Of a stretch of 64,000 bases of DNA, positions 26,941 through 38,528 are shown piece by piece. Every line of letters begins with the position of its first letter. Position 1 is the stretch's first letter. Position numbers and translations under genes: made by a program. This stretch comes from Nemertoderma westbladi (taxonomy: Eukaryota; Animalia; Xenacoelomorpha). The stretch lies in the NCBI GenBank assembly GCA_032718475.1, contig JAUCBJ010008641.1:15847-79846 (forward strand), given 5' to 3'. The notes below the pieces were generated by a model, which did no database searches, was not told the DNA's origin, and was given only the letters and a program-made list of their open reading frames with translations.

Positions 26941-29157
26941 ATGGCAGAAATTGCGTCGAGAGTTAATAATCGCCACGGGATGCAATCCTTGAAGTATTCG
27001 ATGATGAAGTACAACGTTGCACCGTGTAAACATGAAGCTGGATATAAGGAAGTTTCTAAAGAGAACGACGTCGAACCAGTAGAAAATGATATAGTTCCAT
27101 TGAGTAGCGAGATTAATCAACCCCCAAGCCACGACGATATTCTGCAACACTTAGTCGATAATATGGCGACAATGGAACCAGAAGAATTCTACGAGAAATT
27201 ACATAAATTAAAAGAGGAGCATCGAGAGACGCTTGATAAATATGAGAGAGTTTACGGAGACAAAATCCTCCGAGCTGAAAGCGAGGAGGATATAGAAAAC
27301 GAAAGATACTCGGATATAATAATACCGGAGGGGGATAAACTACCGCGGGATAAAGTCCGAGATTTATCGAGTAAACCGCCGCTGGATCCGGCAGGACGGA
27401 GTAGGAAGGAAGTTTGGACGCGAGACCGGGAAGATATCGACGTTGGACACGGAGAAGAATCGGCGAAACAGACTGGAATGGACGACAGCTTCGTCTCGTC
27501 CTCCAAGTCCATAGTCGACGAACTGTGGGAGGGGTTCTCCATCGACAACTACCCACGGAGGAGAAACTCAAGTCTGGATCGACAACTAGATAAATATTAC
27601 AAGGAGACGAAAACCGAACCCAAGAAGGATAAATGGACGCCGGTTATAACTGTCCCGGATCCTTTCAAAATGACCATCAGAGAGGCGACAAAGCCGAAAG
27701 GGAGGAGCCGCTGTCAGGAAGAGTTAGAGGAGGATCGTCTGAGAAAGCTACTGGCGGAGGAGGCGGAATGTTCGGTGAAGTTTAAGGCTCGTCAACCTCC
27801 CGCCCATATCTACGTTCCGTTGTACGACGAGTTGCGGAGGAAGGCAGAGCAACGTAGGATGGAGAATCACGATCTACGAATGGAAGTTCTAAGGGCAACG
27901 GAACGCCCGTTTAAGTTCCACGACAGGGACGTGGAGAAACGCGAGTTAAGAGAATCGATAGTCGCGGATCGGTTGGAGGGCTTCAGTGGGGGGAAGTTTA
28001 ACCGTCGGTGTCTGAAGGGGGAAGAGAGAGACTCGTACGTTAAACCGTTCAAAGCTCGGAGTATCCCGATGGAGATCTACGGTCCGACGGCAGCGGACCG
28101 ACAGAAGGAGGCGGAGTTGTACCGGGATGTCAGAGTCCGAATGCGAGCCGAGGAGACGCTGCGAAAGTCGAAACTCCCGCCGAGGTTGAGGGACAGCAAA
28201 GCCAACGAGAATATCCGACACAAGATATCGGATATCCGGGCCGATATCCGGAGCGAAGGGAATCCCTACAGCGACGCGTGTACCTTCCACCCGCGGGTAA
28301 ACCAAAGGATACCGGACCACGACGAACAGTTCAAACAGTTCCAGAAGGAGTCGGAACGGCGTAAGGAACGGAGAGGTCCGACCGTGGTGAAACCGTTCCG
28401 ACTCAGAACAAACAACATCCGCGAAACTAAAGACGACGTCTACAAGGACATGTTGCGAGACGAAATGCAGTTGAGAGAGAATCGCTGGCCGTATCAGGGC
28501 CCGCGCGCGCCGGTTCGCTCGTCCCAGAACTTCTCCCTCCGTAAGTCGCACTCAATGGATGCCATTCCGCACAAGATGACGCGTTCCGCCGAGCTCTACA
28601 AAGACGTTCGGAGGAGTAAAGCCTACGAGGAGGATGTGAAACGGAATCACGACCAGTTCGCCGATAAACAGCGGGAGAAGAACGAGCGTCAGTTGCGGAG
28701 GACGATAGCGGATAAATCGAAGGCGTATTACTGGAAGCGACCGAGTTCCGACGCCAAAGAGTTGCGGAGACAGGAGCGACTGCAGGAAGCCGAGTACCAA
28801 CGGAAGCTCGCGGAGATAATGGGCCGGGTCCAATCGCGGCCGTTGCTTATCGAGAGGATGAGCGAGGAGAACGCCCGTCGGATAGCGGAACGGAAGTACG
28901 AACGAGCGCTGCGAGAGGCGGGATTGTCGCGAGAGTTTGTGGCGTCGCAGGCGACTCGCTCGGACGGAGTTTCCAGCTACACCGGGGAGGATTCCGACCC
29001 CCGCGGTTTATTCGCTAAGATTTACGTTCATGCTGATGAGGAATTCTCCGAGAGCACACCGGCTAACGATACCTTTACTATCGACCAACACAGCGGCATT
29101 GTGGAGGAAGCGAATTATGTTGACGATGATTACCAAGAGGATTGTTGGGGGTTTTGA
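26941..29157 (+). CDS. FAM161A: FAM161A/B-like ciliary/centriolar microtubule-binding protein, intronless
   Basis: 738-aa ORF with the family motifs ITVPDPFKMTIRE, EEAECSVKFKARQPPAHIYVPLYDEL, KPFKARSIP, TVVKPFRL and RVQSRPLLIER. Confidence 0.88.
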   Translation: MAEIASRVNNRHGMQSLKYSMMKYNVAPCKHEAGYKEVSKENDVEPVENDIVPLSSEINQPPSHDDILQHLVDNMATMEPEEFYEKLHKLKEEHRETLDKYERVYGDKILRAESEEDIENERYSDIIIPEGDKLPRDKVRDLSSKPPLDPAGRSRKEVWTRDREDIDVGHGEESAKQTGMDDSFVSSSKSIVDELWEGFSIDNYPRRRNSSLDRQLDKYYKETKTEPKKDKWTPVITVPDPFKMTIREATKPKGRSRCQEELEEDRLRKLLAEEAECSVKFKARQPPAHIYVPLYDELRRKAEQRRMENHDLRMEVLRATERPFKFHDRDVEKRELRESIVADRLEGFSGGKFNRRCLKGEERDSYVKPFKARSIPMEIYGPTAADRQKEAELYRDVRVRMRAEETLRKSKLPPRLRDSKANENIRHKISDIRADIRSEGNPYSDACTFHPRVNQRIPDHDEQFKQFQKESERRKERRGPTVVKPFRLRTNNIRETKDDVYKDMLRDEMQLRENRWPYQGPRAPVRSSQNFSLRKSHSMDAIPHKMTRSAELYKDVRRSKAYEEDVKRNHDQFADKQREKNERQLRRTIADKSKAYYWKRPSSDAKELRRQERLQEAEYQRKLAEIMGRVQSRPLLIERMSEENARRIAERKYERALREAGLSREFVASQATRSDGVSSYTGEDSDPRGLFAKIYVHADEEFSESTPANDTFTIDQHSGIVEEANYVDDDYQEDCWGF

Positions 29158-31018
29158 GTTATTAAATTGTTTCTCATTTTTTTCAAGTCACAATCCCTAA
29201 AAATTATCTGCTGTAGATATTTACGCGACTTACGATGTACCATCTGGGCTGGGGAACCTAAATGCCCATCATGTTTATGTATATTTTGTGCCGGTGTGTT
29301 CCATCCACTTTGGTTTTATATGTTATATACATTTTGTACTCGTGACTTTCATATATTTTTGGCGGGAATGTTTTATTTCATTTTTGTATTTCATAATAAA
29401 TCAGGGGAATGAATAATGCAAATTAATTAATAGTTTAATAGTAATTAATAATTAATTAATACATTGATTAATATTTAATAAAGAAACTTTCATTGATCAA
29501 AACTGCATTCACTTCTTACCGGTCGGAATCAAAGTTCAACCCCCTCGAGAGAAAATAGACCCAAATAACAGCTGATTCGCTCCAAAATAGAACTGTAACC
29601 TATTCATTGACTTTTGTGTATTGTTAGAATAACGTGTCACTCTAACCTGCTCCTTTCCCTTAATTGATAATTAGCATTGGTATTTCTCAGAAAATGTGCT
29701 AATTTACCGTAATAATCCAATATTATGTAATAAATATTTATTTTGGCCAACCAATATATATTTGAGTCATTCATGTTCAGTATATTCAGCTTCTTTATTT
29801 CTTTACTTTAACTTTGTCGTGTTGTTTTAATATTTACAATTATTTTTCCCACGTCCGTTTTCCAGCCACATTTCACTATTAACTATAATATGTCCGACGA
29901 AGAACGGAGAATATATGAGATGCGTCGGGTTCAATATCTCCGCATAAAGATTGAGAAAAAAGTTAAAAGCAAAAATAATAATTCCCACTTGTGCGAATAA
30001 GATACCCGCCAATTTTATTAAACTTTGTATGAATTCAACTAAATGCTACTCCTCCCACATTTTTTAATCAAATTGTTTGAAATTTTCGGTCATTGATCAA
30101 TATAATGACCAAAAACCTTTAGATAATTTTCATCGGAAGTTTTTTCAAATTATCGGCTCAAAACACAACATAGATTAGAATTTGAGTGGCGCAAAAACGA
30201 CAAATAAAAATTCCAAGTAAAATGCATTTAAAGTTTAAACCTTCCCTAGCAAAATTGTCGGTTTCTTTCTGAATGTCAATATGTAATAAACTTATAAATG
30301 TTAATAAAGAGGCAGACATATAGCTGGAATTTTCGGGACGGGGTTTTCGTGGCCTGTGATTTCATTTCTGATATCAGTTTTCATGTTTGGCAATATCTAG
30401 TGTGGCTGTCTGTCAGAATGTCCGTTTGTTTGTTGGGTTGTCCGTCAAAATATAATAAAACACATAACATTGTCGCTATCGGGGTTTTCCAGGTCGGTGA
30501 TTTCATTTCAAATATCAGTTTTGTGGTTTGGTTTAATCTTGTCTGTGGGTCGGGCTGTCTGTCTGTTGGTACAGTAATAACTCCAATAGCAGAGGCGTAG
30601 CTATGGGGGGGGGGGGGGGGGTATTTGCCCCTGGGCGCCAACGGCCACCGAACGCCACCGAAAGGGGCGCCTTAATGGCTTTTTTGAGTTGTTAGAATTT
30701 GCATTTTTCGATTTATAAACATAACAATTGTAATACTATAATCTCAAATGTATTTCGGGAATTTTTTTGATAATAATTTTGCTATTAACTTAATCTTCGT
30801 ATGCAAAATCTGTTGCCATCTAATAGGCCTACGAAACAGAGACAATGGAGTTATTATCCTGATAAAAACCATGGAATTTACAAACTACTGCCTTACTAAA
30901 ACGGGTTCTTAGGTGAGATAAAAGGGCGCCGCTGTATAGTTTGGGCGGACTATTGAATTTAATATCTACTGTAACTTCCGATAGAAATTCCGGTTTAATA
31001 TATTGTAACCAACGTTAC

Positions 31019-31178
31019 CTTCAAATCCTTCTTCATTGTACCTAATCTTGGCCTTGTTTGTCCTTCCTGATAACGTGATTGGCTCTTTGTTCCCGAGAGT
31101 GACGTCATTCTTTATTGTTACTTTGACGATTTGATTGTAATTAGTCGGATTGGATAGAGTGTAAGACCAAGTACCAGC
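31019..31178 (-). CDS. Internal exon of a CLCA-like (calcium-activated chloride channel regulator-like) gene
   Basis: Acceptor TTTGCTTGCCCGACAG. Peptide AGTWSYTLSNPTNYNQIVKVTIKNDVTLGNKEPITLSGRTNK resembles CLCA GTW.Y.L...TV....PPITV...TNK. Tentative donor G|GTAACG. Confidence 0.55.
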
Positions 31179-31406
31179 CTGTCGGGCAAGCAAATATTGG
31201 GAACAATTTTAGGCCCTGCTTGTTCAGTTGTAGGTTTTACGTAGGTAAGTGTAACTACAAGTTAGTACAAAAAACAACAAAGTTAACGGAACGTTCATTT
31301 TAGGGTCCTACTAAAGTCCAAAAATAACTAAAAATGACCTCCGAAGCTACCCGGAGACAGTTGAAACCGCAGATAATAGCGGTAGAATCAACCCGATATG
31401 ATTTCA

Positions 31407-34400
31407 TATGTATCCAACTCACCTCTGCTTTGTATCCAACTTACCTAGGCTATGTATCCAACTCACCTCTGCTTTGTATCCAACTCACCTCTGCTTTGTA
31501 TCCAACTTACCTAGGCTATGTATCCAACTCACCTCTGCTTTGTATCCAACTCACCTCTGCTTTGTATCCAACTTACCTAGGCTATGTATCCAACTCACCT
31601 CTGCTTTGTATCCAACTCACCTCTGCTTTGTATCCAACTTACCTAGGCTATGTATCCAACTCACCTCTGCTTTGTATCCAACTCACCTCTGCTTTGTATC
31701 CAACTTACCTAGGCTATGTACCCAACTCACCTCTGCTTTGTATCCAACTCACCTCTGCTTTGTATCCAACTCACCTCTGCTTTGTATCCAACTTACCTAG
31801 GCTATGTATCCAACTGACCTCAGCTATGAATCCAACTCACCTCTGCTATGTATCCAACTCACCTCTGCTAAGTATCCAACTCACCTCTGCTTTGTATCCA
31901 ACTCACCTCTGCTTTGTATCCAACTTACCTAGGCTATGTATCCAACTCACCTCTGCTTTGTATCCAACTCACCTCTGCTTTGTATCCAACTTACCTAGGC
32001 TATGTATCCAACACACCACTGCTTTGTATCCAACTTACCTCTGCTTTGTATCCAACTTACCTAGGCTATGTATCCAACTTACCTAGGCTATGTATCCAAC
32101 TCATCTCAGCTATGTATCCAACTCACCATTGCTTTGTATCCAACTTACCTCTGATATGTATCCAACTCATCTCAGCTATGTAACCAACTCACCTCTGCTT
32201 TGTATCCAACTTACCTAGGCTATGTATCCAACTCATCTCAGCTATGTATCCAACTCACCTCTGCTTTGTATCCAACTTACCTAGGCTATGTATCCAACTT
32301 ACCTCTGCTATGTATCTAACTCACCTCTGCTATGTATCCAACTCATCTCTGCTATGTATCCAACTCACCTCTGCTATGTATCCAACTCACCTCTGCTTTG
32401 TATCCAACTTACCTAGGCTATGAATCCAACACACCTCTGCTTTGTATCCAACTTACCTAGGCTATGTATCCAACTCACCTAGGCTATGTATCCAACTCAC
32501 CGCGGCTATGTATCCAACTCACCTCTGCTATGAATCCAACTCACCTCTGCTTTGTATCCAACTTACCTAGGCTATGTATCCAACTCACCTCTGCTTTGTA
32601 TCCAACTCACCTCTGCTTTGTATCCAACTCACCTCTGCTATGTATCCAACTTACCTAGGCTATGTATCCAACTCACCTCTGCTTTGTATCCAACTCACCT
32701 CTGCTTTGTATCCAACTCACCTCTGCTTTGTATCCAACTTACCTAGGCTATGTATCCAACTCACCTCGGCTATGTATCCAACTCACCTCTACTTTGTATC
32801 CAACTCACCTCTGCTTTGTATCCAACTCACCTCGGCTATGTATCCAACTCACCTCTGCTATGAATCCAACTCACCTCTGCTTTGTATCCAACTTACCTAG
32901 GCTATGTATCCAACTCACCTCTGCTTTGTATCCAACTCACCTCTGCTTTGTCTCCAACTTACCTAGGCTATGTATCCAACTGACCTCGGCTATGTATCCA
33001 ACTCACCTCTGCTATGAACCCAACTCACCTCTGCTTTGTATCCAACTTACCTAGGCTATGTATCCAACTCACCTCTGCTATGTATCCAACTCGCCTCTGC
33101 TTTGTATCCAACTCACCTCTGATTTGTATCCAACTCACCTCTGCTTTGTATCCAACTTACCTAGGCTATGTATCCAACTCACCTCTGCTATGAATCCAAC
33201 TCACCTCTGCTTTGTATCCAACTCACCTCTGCTATGTATCCAACTCACCTCTGCTTTGTATCCAACTTACCTAGGCTATGTATCCAACTCACCTCTGCTA
33301 TGTATCCAACTCATCTCGGCTATGTATCCAACTCACCTCTGCTATGTATTCAACTTATCTCGGCTATGTATCCAACTTACCTAGGCTATGTATCCAACTC
33401 ACCTCTGCTATGTATCCAACTCACCTCGGCTATGTATCCAACTCACCTCTGCTATTTATCCAACTCACCTCGGCTATGTATCCAACTCACCTCTGCTATG
33501 TATCCAACTCACCTCTGCTGTGTATCCAACTTACCTAGGCTATGTATCCAACTCACCCCTGCTTTGTATCCAACTTACCTAGGCTATGTATCCAACTCAC
33601 CTAGGCTATGTATCCAACTCACCTCGGCTATGTATCCAACTCACCTCTGCTATGAATCCAACTCACCTCTGCTTTGTATCCAACTTACCTAGGCTATGTA
33701 TCCAACTCACCTCTGCTTTGTATCCAACTCACCTCTGCTTTGTATCCAACTCACCTCTGCTATGTATCCAAATTACCTAGGCTATGTATCCAACTCACCT
33801 CTGCTTTGTATCCAACTCACTTCTGCTTTGTATCCAACTCACCTCTGCTTTGTATCCAACTTACCTAGGCTATGTATCCAACTCACCTCGGCTATGTATC
33901 CAACTCACCTCTGCTTTGTATCCAACTCACCTCTGCTTTGTATCCAACTCACCTCGGCTATGTATCCAACTCACCTCTGCTATGAATCCAACTCACCTCT
34001 GCTTTGTATCCAACTTACCTAGGCTATGTATCCAACTCACCTCTGCGTTGTATCCAACTCACCTCTGCTTTGTCTCCAACTTACATAGGCTATGTATCCA
34101 ACTCACCTCGGCTATGTATCCAACTCACCTCTGCTATGAATCCAACTCACCTCTGCTTTGTATCCAACTTACCTAGGCTATGTATCCAACTCACCTCTGC
34201 TATGTATCCAACTCGCCTCTGCTTTGTATCCAACTCACCTCTGATTTGTATCCAACTCACCTCTGCTTTGTATCCAACTTACCTAGGCTATGTATCCAAC
34301 TCACCTCTGCTATGAATCCAACTCACCTCTGCTTTGTATCCAACTCACCTCTGCTATGTATCCAACTCACCTCTGCTTTGTATCCAACTTACCTAGGCTA

Positions 34401-36859
34401 TGTATCCAACTCACCTCTGCTATGTATCCAACTCATCTCGGCTATGTATCCAACTCACCTCTGCTATGTATCCAACTCATCTCGGCTATGTATCCAACTT
34501 ACCTAGGCTATGTATCCAACTCACCTCTGCTATGTATCCAACTCACCTCGGCTATGTATCCAACTCACCTCTGCTATGTATCCAACTCACCTCGGCTATG
34601 TATCCAACTCACCTCGGCTATGTATCCAACTCACCTCTGCTATGTATCCAACTCACCTCGGCTATGTATCCAACTCACCTCTGCTATGTATCCAACTCAC
34701 CTCGGCTATGTATCCAACTCACCTCGGCTATGTATCCAACTCACCTCTGCTATGTATCCAACTCATCTCGGCTATGTATCCAACTCACCTCTGCTATGTA
34801 TCCAACTCATCTCGGCTATGTATCCAACTTACCTAGGCTATGTATCCAACTCACCTCTGCTATGTATCCAACTCACCTCGGCTATGTATCCAACTCACCT
34901 CTGCTATGTATCCAACTCATCTCGGCTATGTATCCAACTTACCTAGGCTATGTATCCAACTCACCTCTGCTATGTATCCAACTCACCTCGGCTATGTATC
35001 CATCTCACCTCTGCTATGTATCCAACTCACCTCGGCTATGTATCCAACTCACCTCGGCTATGTATCCAACTCACCTCTGCTATGTATCCAACTCACCTCT
35101 GCTATGTATCCAACTCACCTCGGCTATGTATCCATCTCACCTCTGCTATGTATCCAACTCACCCCTGCTATGTATCCAACTCACCTCGGCTATGTATCCA
35201 ACTCAACTAGGCTATGTATCCAACACACCTCTGCTATGTATCCAACTCACCTCGGCTATGTATCCAACTCACCTCGGCTATGTATCCAACTCACCTCGGC
35301 TATGTATCCAACTCACCTCGGCTATGTATCCAACTCACCTCTGCTATGTATCCAACTCACCTCTGCTATGTATCCAACTCACCTCGGCTATGTATCCAAC
35401 TCACCTCGGCTATGTATCCAACTCACCTCTGCTATGTATCCAACTCACCTCGGCTATGTATCCAACTCACCTCGGCTATGTATCCAACTCACCTCTGCTA
35501 TGTATCCAACTCACCTCTGCTATGTATCCAACTCACCTCGGCTATGTATCCATCTCACCTCTGCTATGTATCCAACTCACCCCTGCTATGTATCCAACTC
35601 ACCTCGGCTATGTATCCAACTCAACTAGGCTATGTATCCAACACACCTCTGCTATGTATCCAACTCACCTCGGCTATGTATCCAACTCACCTCTGCTATG
35701 TATCCAACTCACCTCTGCTATGTATCCAACTCACCTCGGCTATGTATCCAACTCACCTCTGCTATGTATCCAACTCACCTCTGCTATGTATCCAACTCAC
35801 CTCGGCTATGTATCCAACTCACCTCTGCTATGTATCCAACTCACCTCGGCTATGTATCCAACTCACCTCGGCTATGTATCCAACTCACCTCTGCTATGTA
35901 TCCAACTCACCTCTGCTATGTATCCAACTCACCTCGGCTATGTATCCAACTCACCTCTGCTATGTATCCAACTCACCTCTGCTATGTATCCAACTCACCT
36001 CGGCTATGTATCCATCTCACCTCTGCTATGTATCCAACTCACCTCTGCTATGTATCCAACTCACCTCGGCTATGTATCCAACTCAACTAGGCTATGTATC
36101 CAACTCACCTCTGCTTTGTATCCAACTTACCTAGGCTATGTATCCAACTCACCTCTGCTATGTATCCAACTCACCTCGGCTATGTATCCAACTCACCTCG
36201 GCTATGTATCCAACTCACCTCTGCTATGTATCCAACTCACCTCTGCTATGTATCCAACTCACCTCGGCTATGTATCCATCTCACCTCTGCTATGTATCCA
36301 ACTCACCTCTGCTATGTATCCAACTCACCTCTGCTATGTATCCAACTCACCTCGGCTATGTATCCAACTCACCTCGGCTATGTATCCAACTCACCTCTGC
36401 TATGTATCCAACTCACCTCTGCTATGTATCCAACTCACCTCGGCTATGTATCCATCTCACCTCTGCTATGTATCCAACTCACCTCTGCTATGTATCCAAC
36501 TCACCTCGGCTATGTATCCAACTCACCTCTGCTATGTATCCAACTCACCTCTGCTATGTATCCAACTCACCTCGGCTATGTATCCATCTCACCTCTGCTA
36601 TGTATCCAACTCACCTCTGCTATGTATCCAACTCACCTCTGCTATGTATCCAACTCACCTCGGCTATGTATCCAACTCACCTCGGCTATGTATCCAACTC
36701 ACCTCTGCTATGTATCCAACTCACCTCTGCTATGTATCCAACTCACCTCGGCTATGTATCCATCTCACCTCTGCTATGTATCCAACTCACCTCTGCTATG
36801 TATCCAACTCACCTCGGCTATGTATCCAACTCACCTCTGCTATGTATCCTACTCACCTC
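31407..36859. repeat. 22-bp satellite (TATGTATCCAACTCACCTCTGC and variants), about 248 units, intronic
   Basis: Directly visible. The minus-strand unit contains AG|GTGAGT or AG|GTAAGT. Confidence 0.98.
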
Positions 36860-36952
36860 AGCGTTACTAAATGTAAGTCGACGGTATGTAAAGTTTCCGT
36901 TCGTATATTCCTTAGTCGGTTGAATTTCTCCGGATGGCGAGGATATTTCCAT
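36857..36952 (-). CDS. Preceding exon of the CLCA-like gene (96 nt, phase 0-0)
   Basis: TAATTTAG|ATG...GCTGAG|GTGAGT encodes MEISSPSGEIQPTKEYTNGNFTYRRLTFSNAE. It joins in frame to AGTWSY, resembling CLCA PSG...AK|VGTW. Confidence 0.6.
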
Positions 36953-37331
36953 CTAAATTATAAAATAATAATATGACTAATAAGCTTAGAAATACAATAC
37001 AGTGTCGAGTTGTGAGGAAATCAAATATGACAACCGTCTGGTGCTCTAAAAAGTAGACTGAGTGGTTGCTGAGATTTTGACGTCCAAACATTGAGCCAGA
37101 CGGACAGACGGTCGGAGGATGGACGACGCGACGCGGATTTGGATTTGCACTTTTTCTCCCGATGTTGAGGTAAATTCGAGTGAAAAGGTAATAATTTAAG
37201 AATAATATAAACGCTCCTTCCTTTTTGTAAAAGATGTTGTTTCCTTTAAAATATTCACTTTTGAATTAGAAGTTTAACGTAACAATTTTATAGCAAATTT
37301 AAGGTCTATTTGCAATGTTGTGTAATTAAAT

Positions 37332-38443
37332 ACTACTAGCTAGGGACTAGTATATACTACTGTAGCTAGGGACTAGTATATACTACTGTAGCTAGGGACT
37401 AGTATATACTACTGTAGCTAGGGACTAGTATATACTACTGTAGCTAGGGACTAGTATATACTACTGTAGCTAGGGACTAGTATATACTACTGTAGCTAGG
37501 GACTAGTATATACTACTGTAGCTAGGGACTAGTATATACTACTGTAGCTAGGGACTAGTATATACTACTGTAGCTAGGGACTAGTATATACTACTGTAGC
37601 TAGGGACTAGTATATACTAATGTAGCTAGGGACTAGTATATACTACTGTAGCTAGGGACTAGTATATACTACTGTAGCTAGGGACTAGTATATACTTCTA
37701 CTGTAGCTAGGGACTAGTATATACTCCTGTAGCTAGGGACTAGTATATACTACTGTAGCTAGGGACTAGTATATACTACTGTAGCTAGGGACTAGTATAT
37801 ACTACTGTAGCTAGGGACTACTGTAGTATATACTACTGTAGCTAGGGACTAGTATATACTACTGTAGCTAGGGACTAGTATATACTACTGTAGCTAGGGA
37901 CTAGTATATACTACTGTAGCTAGGGACTAGTATATACTACTACTGTAGCTAGGGACTAGTATATACTACTGTAGCTAGGGACTAGTATATACTACTGTAG
38001 CTAGGGACTAGTATATACTACTGTAGCTAGGGACTAGTATATACTACTGTAGCTAGGGACTAGTATATACTACTGTAGCTAGGGACTAGTATATACTACT
38101 GTAGCTAGGGACTAGTATATACTACTGTAGCTAGGGACTAGTATATACTACTGTAGCTAGGGACTAGTATATACTACTGTAGCTAGGGACTAGTATATAC
38201 TAATGTAGCTAGGGACTAGTATATACTACTGTAGCTAGGGACTAGTATATACTACTGTAGCTAGGGACTAGTATATACTACTGTGGCTAGGGACTAGTAT
38301 ATACTACTGTAGCTAGGGACTAGTATATACTACTACTGTAGCTAGGGACTAGTATACACTCCTGTAGCTAGGGACTAGTATATACTACTGTAGCTAGGGA
38401 CTAGTTTATACTACTGTAGCTAGGGACTAGTATATACTACTGT
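37332..38443. repeat. 26-bp satellite A (GCTAGGGACTAGTATATACTACTGTA), about 42 units
   Basis: Directly visible and highly homogeneous. Confidence 0.98.
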
Positions 38444-38528
38444 ACATAGCTATACTTTGTGAGTGAATATAATATTCCAGCAAGGCCATCGTAATACAAT
38501 ATTAACAAACCAGACCACATACAGCCAG

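Noticed and set aside
27113-28833. Antisense ORFs over FAM161, and similar ones over the CRE ORF
   Set aside because: Shadow ORFs of GC-rich coding sequence with no motifs.
31334-36976. Many long plus-strand ORFs (up to 858 aa, MYPTHLCYVSNSP...)
   Set aside because: By-product of a 22-bp unit that lacks stops on that strand. All three frames give the same peptide.
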